64,000 bases of DNA from Lama guanicoe (lineage: Eukaryota). The DNA lies in NCBI GenBank assembly GCA_013239625.1, contig MU053216.1:186001-250000 (forward strand). Direction: 5' to 3'. Under the pieces are notes generated by a model. The model was not told the DNA's origin, made no database searches, and saw only the letters and a program-made list of their open reading frames with translations. Shown one piece after another: positions 11,751 to 25,200 of this stretch. A program made the position numbers and the translations under genes. Numbering within the stretch: the stretch's first letter is position 1; each line of letters begins with the position of its first letter.

Positions 11751-14369
11751 CCCGCGCTCCTCTGCGGACGGCGCGCCCGGGCGGAGTCCTGACCGCCCGT
11801 TCCGAGCGGCCGGCAGGGGTGAGGGGAAAACCCGCGCTGCGACCGTGGTTTCCTCCCTGTACGGGCTGTAAGACCTTGTTCAAGCCGTCTTCTCTCCCTG
11901 GGTCCCACTTTGTACAATAAAACGTGGGAATGGACTCCAAGCGCCTCTACGGTGAGCTGGAGTGTCAGGCCAGGCTGTTAAAAGCAGTTTGACATGCATG
12001 GCCTCGGTTGGGGGGCAGTTAGCTTGTAAGTGATAGGACTGCGTGACCCTGGGGCCTGGAATCTGGCTCTGGTCTCCCAAAGTCAGTGACCGCACCTCTC
12101 TCCAGCTCTTTGAACGTCATTATTCCAATACCTCACTGCCCTCTCCACTCAAGCAGAGGCTAGCCTGCGTCTGGGGAGGGGTGGGCTTTTGCGGTGGGTG
12201 GGGTGTTGTCAGCATTAAGTGAGGCTGGAGTAGGCCTCCCTGGAGGGGAGGGGTGTGCATGGAGATTCAAAGTTGTGGGTTGGAGCATGTGTTAGAGCTG
12301 AGCCCCTCACTCATCAGCAGTGGGAGCAGCGGCATGGCAGGGTAGGTTGGGGTGCGACCAGACGCTGGGAAAGTGGCAGAGACTGGCCGCTCTCCAGAGT
12401 TCTGTGTGCTCTGTAGTAGGGTGGCACTGCCTTTCTGGCCTCTTGATTCATCTAAACAATGTCACTACTCTCCTTCTAGAGCTCAGGACACCCTAGAAAT
12501 CTCCTTTTGTGTCTCCTTTCCTTCTCTTCCCATCCTTCCCCCAGTTACAGCTCCTCCTTGACCACCATGTATCTTCAAAAACTGATAATCCATGCCCTTC
12601 AGGGCACTTGGCCGGGCAGAAGGTGTAACTGTCATCCCTGAGTCATCCCAGCTGCCACCTCCTCATGGGATCACTAGGACCCTTCAGGACTTGACACTAA
12701 AGGGGAAACCCAAGTAACATTCAGGTTACCTGCTGCCTTCTCTTGGGGGTTTCTCCCCTCAGGCTCCACCCAGGGGTGCCACGTGCCTCCTTGATGTCCC
12801 TGCTGCCCAGGCTCCCCCTCCCCCAGGTCTGCTCCCCTCCCCTCCTTCCCCCAGCCCCCGGCCCGGGCTGCGGGGGAATGTATTTTGGACAGTGCTTCTC
12901 CACACTGTTCATAACACCAGGAGGTTCACTGCCTTCCTCACCAGTAGGCAGAACCAGGTCCTGGGAGTAGCATCCGGGTGGGGAGAGATGAGGCAGACCC
13001 TTGGCAGAGGACTACTGTGCACCTGTGGGTACAGGGTTCTTGTGGGTGGGGGAGGAGACCTGGGGGCTTAAACCTCCAGCCCTGGGAGTACCCATTGCCC
13101 AGGTCCAGTCCTGAAAACCACTGCCAAACGGGGGTAGTTCTGGGGTACAAGGCCAGTTTAGGGGAGCAAGTTGGGCCCCAGTCTCACTGCAGCGAGCTCC
13201 AGACTCTGGTCCTAAAAAGAACTGACCCCCCGCCTCATTTCCTACTGGGCCCAGTGAACATGGATCCATGAGGACTAATTGTAACCCACTCTAAGGAAGG
13301 CGGTCAGCAAGGACTTGGGCTGTGTTGGGTGTGAACCAGTGTCCCATTGGGAACCAGCCCCTGGAAGATACTCAGTAGATGTTTACTGGGCAAATGCTGA
13401 CGGAGGGGACAGTGCACACACGCAATGGGCCTCGTCCGCGGGTGGATGTTGCGGTTGTGTTGTTACAGGGACTCCTGCAGCCCTGCTGGTGGGGTCCTGA
13501 GGGCCCTTCCCCTCTGGCTCTGAGAATCCATGATTCTGTGACCTCTCTTGAGGGGGCCTTCAGGATGGGGCTGGACTGGCAGTGGGCATCTTTCTTGGGG
13601 ACACAGAACCTGGTACCTTTCACCCAGCCACCTCTGCCGCCAAGCGTGCCTGTCGACCTTGACAAAGGCAATGGGTCTGTTTCTTGGCTCCTGGAAACCC
13701 TTAATGCGCCCTGGCCTCAGCCTGGCCTGGGCCTCGCTGGCCATCTGTTCAGTGGGGTGATACCCATCTGACTATCGCAGACGCCTTCCAGAAGTGGGTG
13801 CTCGCGGGAGCCGGGGTAGGAGGGATGACTGGTTGGTTGCCTTGGGGGGAATGGAGGTAGCGGGGGTGTGAGTTCCAGCTCCAGCTGTTCCTGTGCTGCG
13901 TCCCTGGCTCTGGCCCTGACGCAGATGAATAATTGATGGTGACTAATGGATCGTTGCTCTCGTATGAAATATTCAGCAAGGACCGTGCAGGTTTGTGTAA
14001 TCAAATGTTTCATGCTGCCCTGGTGATATGTGTGGGACTCCTGGATTTCCCTAACTCTCAGAACCGTGGGAGTGGCGGGCACTTCCCCAGAGAGAGCGTG
14101 CTTTGTGCAAGGGGGCTGGTGGGGCAGCCTTCTCAGAGTGAACTTTATGGGGAGAGGGCAGGGCCCATATTCCTCAGTTCTGGGGACTGGACTTGTCTGC
14201 TTTGCAGGCTGTCTGTACTGCCCAGCATTGGGCTGCTGGTGAAACACCTGCAGGGCTGGCAGGAGGCAGCCCGGGGGTGTCTGCGAGGGACTGGTGGGAT
14301 GCTGGTGGTGGACAGAGGATGGGGGCACACCCCACAATACCCCCTGGGCACTCAAAACAGCCCTGTAGA

Positions 14370-14475
14370 ATGGCCTTATTTTGCAGATGAGGAAGGACAC
14401 TCAGAGGGGATAAATGATTTGCCCGAGGTCGTACAGCCGGTGGGTTGTAGATGATGTCACTGGGACCCCAGAGTA
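14370..14475 (-). mobile_element. MIR fragment
   Basis: ccttattttgcagatgaggaa..ctcagagggataaatgatttgcccgaggtcgtacagc. Confidence 0.8.
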
Positions 14476-16340
14476 GAATTACTGCCACAGGTAGCCATGT
14501 GCTGAGAAGCCTGGCTGGTTCCCGAAAGGATGAGAGGACAGGGGCCTGCACGAGTCCCCCTCCCTTCATTGCCTGTCCCTGCCCCTCCTGACCAGCTCTG
14601 CAGGGTGGAGGGAGTTGGGGCCCATGTTTAGGGAGGAGGAGAGGCCGGGTTTCACATCAGGGCCCTGGTTCCATGGTGGGGCTGGAGGGGTTCCCTCACG
14701 GAGCCCCGCTCACTCTGTCAGTGTGGGCTTGGCCCCCTTGGAGCTGCTCTGTGAACATTTAACCGTGCAGAGAGTTCCAGACCACAGCCAGAGTCCGCCT
14801 GTCCTGACCCCCTGTGACCTTCCCTCTGTCGCACTGACCACCATCTCCCATCACCACCAGAGGACGCTGCTTCGGGCATGAGCAGCCGAACTCACCCCAC
14901 AGACGTCAGTTCCGAAAGGCCCGAGAGATGGGCCGGTGCCTCTGACCGGCCATTTCCATGTCCCTCAGCTCCTTCCACAGTGAGGAAGTTCTCCCCAAGC
15001 TGCAGGCACTGGGTGTGCATGTCTCCCCTCCAAGGTCTCATGTAACATCGCGGGCAGGGGAGACAGTGAGTACTGCTGGCTTAACAGAGAGGAAAACTCA
15101 ATTCGGGATTTGGGCACAGAGCTGAATCCCTCTGCGGCTGTATCTCATCTCCAGCGTGACACATCTGCGCTCACTACTTGGGCCCTGGCCAGGAGGCCAC
15201 AGAGGACGTCTGGCAGGATGGCCCCTGCTCCTGCAGCCCTGCGACTGTCCTCCCAGGGCTGGGCAGAGCGTGACAATGCTGGGAGTGAGCAAAAGCCCTC
15301 GTGCACTTTCACCCTCTGATGCCAGGGGTGGCAGAGAAGGGTGCGGGCAGTGAATTTGCCACTTTACAGACGAGGGACCAAGACGGACAGCACCATGGGC
15401 AGAGTTCACTTGGCCGGTGGGACTGTGGACGCACGTTGGTGTCCCGCCCGCAAGTCCAGGCCTGGGTCTGGGGAGTGATGGTGATCTGGTCCCGAGCTCT
15501 TGCCCACATGGTGCCTCTGTCCTCCCAGCTCTGCTGCAGGAGGGGCGCTGGCGGATACGAGGCTATCCTGCCCCTTCCGTGAACCTGCCCTCGGGGTCAC
15601 ATTGGCTGGAAAGACAATCTTTCTCCTTATTTCAGCTTTAGTTCAGTGTTCAGTGCAAAGGACTCGGCAGATAGGAAGTCGTGGGGTGGGGGTAGCCTTT
15701 GTCTCAGGTTCCCAAAGGGAAAAGGGAATAGTCGGGAGGAGGCTCTGTTCTCCAAAAAGAAAGCAGACAAGGCTGTTCCCTCCTTGTCACACGCACACCT
15801 GGCTGTCACCTCCCACGGGCGCTGTCTCTCCAGCATCTGGTTGGGGAGACCCCCTCTCAGGGGCTCTTCTCTGTCTCTGGCAGTTCCTCAGCTGCCAGCC
15901 CAGCTGAAGGCCCACACCACATCCAGCGGGCAGGCATCGGTCTCCTCTCTGCCCCAGGCGGGAGCCCCGTGGAGATGGAGGAGGTGGCGGGGCCACCACT
16001 CAAATCTGGCACACAGCGGGTCTCAGCTCCCCGGTGGTGGGAGTCTGAGGAGCTGAGGAAGCCGGGGACCCTGCTGGAGCACACAGTTGGCCGGGGCCTT
16101 ACGAGCCTTACTCAGCAGGTGCTGGGGCAGGAGGTACCCCCGGCACAGCCGCTGCCTCAACCGGCCCGCGGGCCCGAGCACCTCAGCAGAAGGGTGTGTT
16201 GAGACAGATTCATGGGGCACAGCCGGGCAGAGGGAGGCACGGAGCGAAGACTCGGGGGTGAAGGGCTTCAGAGACGAGTGGGGTAGGCTGGGGCCATGAG
16301 AAGTGGCTGGAGAGGGGCAGGCGGGCCTCGCCAGGAAGGC

Positions 16341-16378
16341 CACACGTGTGCGTGTGTGTGCGTGTGCACGCGCGTGCA
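16341..16378. repeat. CG/TG-rich alternating purine-pyrimidine tract (Z-DNA prone)
   Basis: cacacgtgtgcgtgtgtgtgcgtgtgcacgcgcgtgca, perfect RY alternation over 38 bp. Confidence 0.85.
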
Positions 16379-17989
16379 GGCGGACGGGGGTGAGGGGGGC
16401 ATTTCGTGCGGGGATCCTCACCCCGGCAGAGAGCTGGGGTCAGGCGGTCGTGGGCGGCGGCCCTGGAGGTGATGGGTGGGCTGGGCCTCTGCCTGCCCAC
16501 GCCCTGCGGAGTGGAGGGGTGGCTTTCCAGATGACTTGTCGCCTGGCGCCTTGAGGCATCTGGGAGTGGGGAGCTTATGCCGTGGCCCCTCTTTCTTGGG
16601 CCTTTGGAGACGCAGCCCAAGGACTCCACCTGCGAGAAGGGAGAGAAATCGTCTGTTTTCCTTGAGACTCCGTCTGTCCAGGGACAGGACAGGAGGTAGA
16701 GGTGATAAGGCGGGAAGGTGACAGGGAGGACTGGGGGCCACGTCCCCCTGGGCTGGCCCTCTCTGCATGGCTGTGCCTGGCCGGGCCCCGGGGTCGCCCG
16801 CACTCCCCCGGGGAGCACAGCAGCGGGTGAGACCCCAACGACTCGGACCCTCAGAGACTGCTTGCTGATGCCCTCGTCCCCTCGCCTCACTTGCAGGGGC
16901 ACACTTCCCACACTGTGAGCCTGTTTCCTTGGGTAATGGACCTGGGAAATTTTGCGTTCATTTTTCCCCTGAGCTGTGACAGGCGGGAGGAAATTTGCCC
17001 CGGAAAATGCTTCAGTGTGGATTGAAACAAAACACTGGGTGTATTTTGCAACAGAGCATTTGAAAGGAGAGGTGCAGGCACCTCACCCAGACGCACCGGC
17101 TTTTAAGGCATGTTTCCTGGACTTTCCTCTCTCCCACAACACGTTCCTTCCTGTGGGCGGGGGCATGACGAGGTGTTGGGTGAAGCACGTGGGAAGGGCT
17201 ACGGGTGGAGGAGAAAGGCTGGCTCCAAAGTACGCTTCAGGCAGAGGCAGCGGAGACCTGAGCCCTGCGATGCCAGGATGGTGGTGACGCAGGGACGTGG
17301 AAGAAAGCGTGCGGATGGTTAATGCCTGGACCTCCGGTGGCTCTGCTGCACGCGAGCTCCTGTGGGTGAGCATGTGAGCAGCGGGGCCTAGGACGGGGGT
17401 CTCGGTGGGTGGGATCAGTGTGCCTCACTTCACACCCCCTCCGCTTCTCATGACCAGAGAGCGGGTCTCACCTGCCAGGTGGGTGGGAAATGTTCTAGTT
17501 CACTTCACTTCTTAGGAGGAAAAAGTGCTGTTTGTCCCAACAGTTGCTTCCTCGGTGGAGAGGGCCCGAGTTCCCAGAGCCCAGAGGGAGCACTGCCTCT
17601 CTCGCACGCTGTGGGGGGGCCAGGAGCGCCCCCCACCCCTGGTGCCTTCTTGTCACGCTGCTGCCCTCATCCCTCCTGGTCCAGGCGGGGCTCCTAGTCA
17701 CTCCCCTGACGCAGCCCCCGCTGCTGCCCACCTTCGGAGCAGGTCCCCACCTCCACCCACCCAAATGCTGTTTCCTGGAGGGTGTCGGGGGGCCGGGCCG
17801 GAGGGAGGGGTTCAGTTGAGATGCCGGGAGCCCGGGAGTAAGCTGGAGGCCTGAGAAACATGAGAGGTTCAGGAGGGGCCAGCGGAGGTCACTCCCCTCG
17901 CCTGAGCCCGGGGCTGTCCCGGGACAAGCGGCCAGGTGCAGTGGCACACTGGGGACCACCCCCTGTGGACAAGCTTGAGCACATGCCAA

Positions 17990-18800
17990 GCTCTTCTTAA
18001 CGATGTTTGGCTGACATGCCATGCCAACACAGAAAAGTGCACAGATCACAAGAGTACAGTCGGGTGAATATTCACAGACGGAGCTCGCCCATGGAGCCTG
18101 TGGCCAGACCGAGAGGCAGAGAACCCCAGCCCCGAGGGAGGGGCGATCGGGGCAGCCGGGATGCCTCCGCCTCCCCAGCCACAGCTTCTCGCACCAGCCG
18201 TCAGCCTCTCCCATTCTGAGCTGGACTAGTACGGCCCCAGGGCCCTCCTCCGTGACAGCCTTCGTTCACCCAGAGCCGTGTTTGCGATGCTCACCGTGTC
18301 GCTGTGCGTGGCTCCGTTTATTTCTTTGCGTCGCCGTGTCACGCTCTGCTGAGATGACGCCCCTCCGCTTACTGGTCCGTTTCTCCCGTCGCTGAGCTCT
18401 GGGCAGGCTCCGGTTAGTCCTGCTCCTGCTGGGACGGGGTGCGTGTGTTGTGTTTTGTCATCAAGGTTACATTGCACGCTTTCCAGAATGCTCTTGCCAG
18501 TTCCTGCTCCCGCTGGCGGTGACATTTCGTCCCTGTGCTCCGTGTTCTTGTCAACACTTAGTATTTTCTGTCCTTTTGTTTTAGCCATTCTGGTGAGTGA
18601 GTGTGTCTCTCCTTTGATTTCAACATGCATTTCCCTGATGACTGAGACGTTGAGCCCCTTTACATGGACCTGTTGGCCCTTCTGGAAGTCACTGTTTTCG
18701 GCTTCTGCTCACTTCCCACGGGTTGCACCTGTCTTCTCCTTATCCATCTGTGGGTACCTCCCCCATGTCCTTTGAAGGCTGGGCCTGTGCTGCTGCACAT
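17990..18800 (-). mobile_element. Old L1 (L1MC/MD/ME-type) 3' end: ORF2 C-terminus plus 3'UTR
   Basis: Minus-strand ORF MHVEIKGETHSLTRMAKTK resembles L1 ORF2 MQIKTTMRYHLTPxRMAxIKK; typical L1M motifs ttagccattctggtg, tgcatttccctgatgact, cagaaaagtgcacagatca. Confidence 0.85.
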
Positions 18801-20117
18801 GTGGTTTTCCTCCTAAAACAGGAGGCCAGGGAGGCTTGGGCCCGGGATCTGCTGGTTAATTGACTTTTTCCTGGTTCCCACCCTCCCCTGTTGGATCAGG
18901 TCCCTGCTCTTCCGGAGAGTAGGCTGGTCTGACCCTGGGTTGAAATGTCACGTAGTAACTGAGGGGACAAGTGGAGGGGGATGCGCCCACACCCAGCCCC
19001 CACCTGCGGCTCCCCCACTCCCGGAACTCCACTCTCAGGAGCCTTTGGGGTTTTCAGATCTACCCGCTCTGGCTCCAGACGACATCCAGCGTCTCGCCTC
19101 TGGGACCCGTGGCCCTTCTTGTCTGTCTACTTCCTTGCGCGATTGGTTCTGTTCTGTTGTAACACCACTGCTGTGTGTCTTGCTGCTTGACTTTCTGTGC
19201 TGGTGCCCAGTCTCCCTGAGGTGGTGGGGCCTCTGTGTCCCCCCCGCACCTGGCGCACTGTGGGCACCTGCTTGAGCCAGGAATGGGGGGGCAGCCAGAG
19301 GTTGGGTCGCAGGGCAGCCCCCTCTGTCCACCCTCAGTCAGCCAGACGCCCTCCTGTGTGCCCGCTGCGGGCCGGCTCTGTGCTGGCTGGAGGGGTGCCA
19401 CAGTGACAGGCTCTGGCCCTGCAAGAGGCTGGGCTCAGTGGGGATGCGAATGGGGCCCAAGGAGCCAGGAGGTGGTGCTGGAGGGAGGGTGGGCTGGGGA
19501 GACCTGACTGGGGCTGCAGCCCAGCCTCATCAGGAGGTGCTGTGACCGCAGGCTCCACAGTTGGCTCGTTGACGGGCGGTTGACGAGGTTGCATCTCAGA
19601 TGTGACCCTGCCCAAGGCTCACAGCTGCTCTCGGGAAAGCTCTGCACCACGGACCCCACTTCCCACCTCACAGGGAGGCAATGCTGGGGCGTGGGCAGCT
19701 CAGTGCCTCACACTTTCCTGCTGGGACGGCCACCAGGGCACATCGGGGGTCAGGTCAGCATCACTGCCCGCAGAACTTCGGGGATGGCCCATCGCACGCC
19801 GGCTCTGCCCTCTGGTCTGCAGCCCTGGCGGCTGAAGGACGTTCAGCGGGGCCTCTGGAGAGTCTACCTAACGTCCTAAGTGGACCCTGCTCTGGGATTC
19901 CTCCTGCTAAACACGGGGCCACCAGCAGGGAGGCAGGCGTGTGTCTGGCTCCCATCCCAGGGCCCTTCCCTCTGAGCCCCTTCTCACCCCTAGGGCCACT
20001 GGGCCTGAGGGGATTCCGTGGCCTTGGAGTCAGGCTGGTGGCAGGTGGGCCTTGGGGAGGCTTGGAGAGTCAGGGGCGGCAAGGGAAGGTGGGCCCCGAT
20101 GCTTGGCCGTGGCTGGG

Positions 20118-20188
20118 GGCCCTGTGTGTGCATGTGTGTACTGGTGGCCCTGTGTGTGCATGTGTGTGCCTGTGTGTGCGTGTGTGTG
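20118..20188. repeat. Degenerate (TG)n with a 28-bp-period duplication
   Basis: ggccctgtgtgtgcatgtgtgt at 20118 and 20146. Confidence 0.8.
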
Positions 20189-21599
20189 AGTGGGGCTGGG
20201 AGTCAGTGGGACACTCATGTCCGAGGCACCGTCTTGACGGCATGGCTGTGCTGGTGCCACCGGCACCCAGAGGACTTGGCAGAGCTCTGTGTAGGAGGCA
20301 TGGCTGTGGACTTTGGGCCCAGGAGCACCGCGAGACGGCCACGTTTGGGAAGAGACCTCCTCTTGCTCCTCAGACCACCCTGCATACCTGGGCCCCCAGC
20401 GGGCGCAGAGCTGTGGACGATGCCCCTCTCTGTCCACCTGCCCCCTTGGCTGTGTGTTTCCAGGATGTCACTGGGTGGACGACCCCACATGTCTGACATG
20501 GGCCCAGCTGAGACGGAGGTTCGGGGTTTGAGTAAATACCCCTCGGGTATGTCCCCCGCCTCTCGCCCCCTCGGTTACCACATGACATTTCACCCCCACT
20601 GGCCCTGTGTGTCCGAGGGTGCATCGCTTACATGGGCAGGTCCCAGGGCTGTGTCTCCAGGGGGCGGAGGCTTCAGCGACAGCCGCGCAACGGCCCATGT
20701 CAGTCAGAATCCTCTGACTTTTCGTGTTTGATCTCAGAAGCTTTATAGTGAGCCATCTGTGCTGGGCGCCGAGACTCAAGCTGAGGGCCACGGCCCTGCC
20801 CTCAGGGAGCCCTGTCCTGGCCCAGCACCACTTCAGCACCAGGAGACAAGTTTAGGAGGTGGAGACACTGGTGGTGCTGAGGACCCCACCCGGAGCTGGT
20901 ACTTAATAAGCGTTTTGAAGGAGGAGCAAAGGCCCCCTGAGGAGCAGGGGCGTCCTGGGCAGAGGACCAGGCAGACAGAAGCAGGAGGCGTGAGCAGCAC
21001 CCGGCCAATGGGGCGAGCGACATGAAGGGGCTGGGGCTGGCGCTGGCGTTCTGTCCAATGGGGACGTTGGGAAGTCCTCTCTGGCAGAGATGTGGTTCCT
21101 GGCTGGAAGGGGAGCGACGTGGGGGACAAGGAAGGTGGCTGGGAGGTAGATCCAGCATCTGGGGTTTGGGGCCTGAGACTGTTCCTCCCAAACTGCCTCC
21201 AGCTCTCCTCTTCTCTCCACTTTGAGGCTAGTGCCCACCCCTGCCTCGTCACTGAAGCCTCCCTCTTCCTCCAGGCGCCCTCCCTGCCCCAGCCTGGCTG
21301 TGCGAGGGGGGCCTGTCCTGCTCCGGCGTGAGGCCGGCCGCCCCTGGCCCCACCCCACACCCCCATCCCGCTCCCCACCCGTCCCAGTCCCCAGTCTGTC
21401 CCCTGCCCGCCCTGCCTCCTCCCTCTGAGGTGGGCGCAAGTTTCTCACCTGTGAATTCACACGCACGCACGCACACAGGCACTGCTGTTGCCCACCACCT
21501 GCCCTCAGCCTCCCCTTCCCCCGCCGCCAGCCCGCCAGCACTCTAACCCAACACCCCTAACTCTAAGTCCGGACTGGCATGCTCATAGAGACAGGCCCC

Positions 21600-21850
21600 C
21601 ATGTTAAAAAGATTCTTTTATAAAATTAAAACAGCAGAAAAATATAACAAACATCCATTTTCACAGCATTAACTGTTTGTTTTGTCAGTTTTTATTCTAA
21701 ATTTTAAAAACAGCACAAGTAACATCCCACAGCCTCTCCTTTATACAAATACGCGTGTGGATGGAAAACACCGCAGGTTAGGCCACAGTCCCCGGAGTGT
21801 CCCTTCCAGCCCTTCTCCAGTGAGCAGCGTGGAGCTTGGTGCTTTGATCA
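21600..21850 (-). mobile_element. L1ME-type 3' fragment
   Basis: AT-rich island aaaacagcagaaaaatataacaaacatcc..ttaactgtttgttttgtc resembling an L1ME 3' end. Confidence 0.5.
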
Positions 21851-21879
21851 GTCACAACACAGTGCCTGGTGATACTTGA

Positions 21880-22200
21880 TAAGACGCCGGTGACAGGCCA
21901 GCCAGTTCAGTGGCTCAGTTGACGACAGTCACTACCTTGCTCAGACTGAACCCAGAGCAGGGCAGCCCGGAGGGTCAGCTGGAGCTGTGCTGGCTGGCTG
22001 GGGGCTGACCTGTCCCTCTGGGAGGGATACTGGTGGGGTCCACGGACAGGTGTTCCAGGGGGCCAGATGGACACGCATCGCATCCTCGTGCCTCACCTCA
22101 GCCACGTAGCATCACTTCTGCACAGTCTCTCGGCCACAAAACCCACTGGGACTCGAGGGGAGGACACGACGTGAGACGCAGGTGGGAGGTGGTCTGCCAC
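21880..22200 (-). mobile_element. MLT1-type (ERVL-MaLR) LTR relic
   Basis: cagtggctcag..ggtcagctgg..cctcagccacgtagcatcacttctgcacagtctctcggccaca, MLT1-like motifs. Confidence 0.5.
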
Positions 22201-25200
22201 GCGCGCGTTGGAACTCACCCAGACTGTGGCTCATAGCTTGTGCTCCTCTTTCCTTGCTTCCCCCGCTCAGGACCACGAGGTGGATTTGGAGCCTCGCTTG
22301 CTTTTCATGCAGGTTGTGGCTGGCTCAGGTTCAGGCAGCAAGGAAGAGCGACTGGCAGCATCATGGCTTTGACTTCAGCTCAGCCCTTTTTACTGTCAAG
22401 TCCAAACGCTGGCCAGCGGAAAGCTTCTGTTTGGTGAGCGCTGTTGCATCTAAAGAGCCGGGCGTGGTTGTCTGGTGCGAAACCCAGGGTTCCCGCCACC
22501 TGCTTGAAGCACCAGTCTCGGCGAGAAAAGCCAACAGAAGTGTAATCAGCGGGAGGAACTGAGAGCGGCTCTGTGTGCGGGGCTGGAAGGTGGGCAGGGA
22601 AGTACCAGGCAGGGTTCCCGCCCTGGAGGAACCAGCACTCCCGGTGCTCGAGGGGACACAGAAGCTCCGCGGGACAGTGCGAGTGAGGGGGCTGAGTGGC
22701 AGTCAGAGCGGTGGGGCCAGCCGGGCTCTGGGACAGGTGTTCTGGGTCCCCTGGGCCCTGGGGTTCTCGTCCAGTCTGCTGTTCCCCACGCCTCCATGGG
22801 CTGCCGGGTCCGTCCGCGCGTGTGTGTGTGTGTAATGCAGGAAATGGGACTTGAACTGCGGCTGCATGGGAAGGGGCAGGGGCAGGGGAGGGGGCTTGCC
22901 ACGGCTGGGCCTTGGCTAGGACAGTGTGCGTTGCCGTCTGTCTGCAAGGATGGGAGGAGCAGTGGCCCCTGAGGGCTGGCCTTTGGAGTGAGTCCAGCTG
23001 GGGGAACCTGGTTCTGCCAGTCACTAGTGGGGTGACAGGCAAGATGTCTCCGGTTTCCCATCTGTAACAGAGCCCGGCTTGCACTGTCCGACCCAGCCCC
23101 CTGGCCAGAGCATCCAGACAGAGCCGCGCCCCTAGTGCACGGCGGAGCACAGGGGTGAGCGTGAGTCCTGCTGTAGCCAGGCCAGGTGACAGGCGGCCTG
23201 AACCTCAGCCAGGCACTCTCACCTGGCCCTGCAGGTGCCAGTCAGTGTGTTAGCCTGGCTGGCTGAATGGGGAAGCTGGAGGGGGCCCGGCCAGGAGGCC
23301 CGAGAGGAGTCCTGGGTGTGAGGGTATGTTTCGTCCAGAACCCATGCCTCCTGCTCGGTGCTCAGACTCCAGGGACAGTGGGAGTGGATGGCACATGTGA
23401 GGGTAGGAAGTGCCAGGTGTGGGCTTTCCCACATCCTTCAGCACCCAGTGGCCACGGTAGCCACGTACCTGGTCCCACGGCTTGATTTTACGTTTGGTTG
23501 TAATTTAGGCGTTGGTGAGCTCAGCAGGAGCTGGGCCGCCTGCGGGCCCCTCGGCGTTCGGGGTCCGGCAGGCACTCGGGAGGGCTGCGTGGGTGAGTGC
23601 CTGGACTTAACTGTGTGGCAGCACAGGCTCACGCTGACTCATGCGCCTACGTCCCCGGCGTTCACGGCATCTGCTTTTCCCTCAGCACCTGTCACGTGGC
23701 TGCACAGTCTCGGGGGCACACGCTGTCCAGAGGGCAGTGTGAACGGGTAGGGCCTCTCTGTGCGGCTGGCTCTCCCGTGGGAGGCCGGAGCAGCCTCACG
23801 CGGCGGGAAGTGCTCTGAAGGGAAGGAGCCTGGGTGGGACCCGGGTGCTGGGAGGAATGTCTGGGCCCCCAGGTCCTTGTGCTGCAACCCTCCCTGCCCT
23901 GTGACGGGAAGCGGTGATGAGGTCGTGAGGGCGGGGCCCTTGCGGTGGGATCAGCGACTTTATAGGGGGACACCAAGAGCCCATGCGCCCAGAGCAGTGT
24001 GTGACGGGGAGCCAGTGGAGGGGCTGGGGGCAGTGGGTGGACCAAGCAGGCACTTGGGGCCTCGGACGTCAGAAGTTGGAATTGGGGTTTATACTGGGAG
24101 CCTGGGGAATTTGAACCGAGGCGGGATGATGTGGTTCACTGTCTGGAAAGAAATCTCTGGCTGACCGTGACTGTCCGCCCACGATGGCACAGATGAGGTA
24201 GGCGAGCAGAGGTGCATGACCGTGGTACGTGCACCGTGAAAGCTCAGGGCCCATGTGTACATGGGGCACGGATGACGTCCCACACAGGCTCTGCATCCAG
24301 CCACGTGGATGTACACATGCTCAGCAGGTGCGCGGACACCTGTGCAGTCTGTAAACACAGCCCCCTCATCCAGGCGTCTGAGGGCAAATGAGCCCAGAGG
24401 TCCATCGGGTCTCATCCTGAGATGCCCGAGGATGATGAGTCCAGGGTTTCAAAGGACGTCCCCATGGTGGGTGGGGTGCAGGGGGCACCCAGGGCGGCTG
24501 CTCTGCTGTCCCTCAGCAGGTCGTCCTGCTGGACAGATGCCCTCAGGACAGACGTGGCTCTGTATCCAGGGTTCCCTTATCTTGCAGCCTCGGCCCAGGG
24601 TCTCCTCATTATCTTGCTGGGTCTTTGGTGATGATCGTTGTGTTCTCTCAAGCCTTTGCTGGCTGTCTGCAGAGGCGGGTTCATCTTACCTGCCTGGCTT
24701 CTCTTCGCCAAGGGGAGGTCTCTCTGTTGTGGCCGGTGCACACTCGGGGCACCGCCAGGACCGTCTTCCGGAGCTGGGACACATCTGCCCAGGTCCAACT
24801 CCGAGGTTCTGGTCCTTATTCTTCCCTAAACCTCCTTCAGATTTTTTTCAAGAGTCAGAGGACGACCATGCAACCTCACTGGCCGAGGACCAGGACGGCT
24901 GTGGGGAGGCTGTGGGGAGTGAGTGGGGCCCTCGTGTTCTGTCCGACGGCTCCTCCATACCAGCAGTGTCCCGTGGACATGACCGGTCACTCAGTCTTTG
25001 ACTCGCCCAGACCAGACCAGCACTACCCACGTGGGTGACGGTGAAGAGGCCTCAGTGCGGTGTGCTTGGATCAGAGCTTGTTTGGACCAGCCTCCCTGCC
25101 CCTGGGCCTCCCCTCTCCCTGCATGTCTTTTGTCTTATGGCTGTGGCTGTGTGACTTGCTCAGAACTGGGACAAACAAAGGATGAATTTTAATACAGCGC

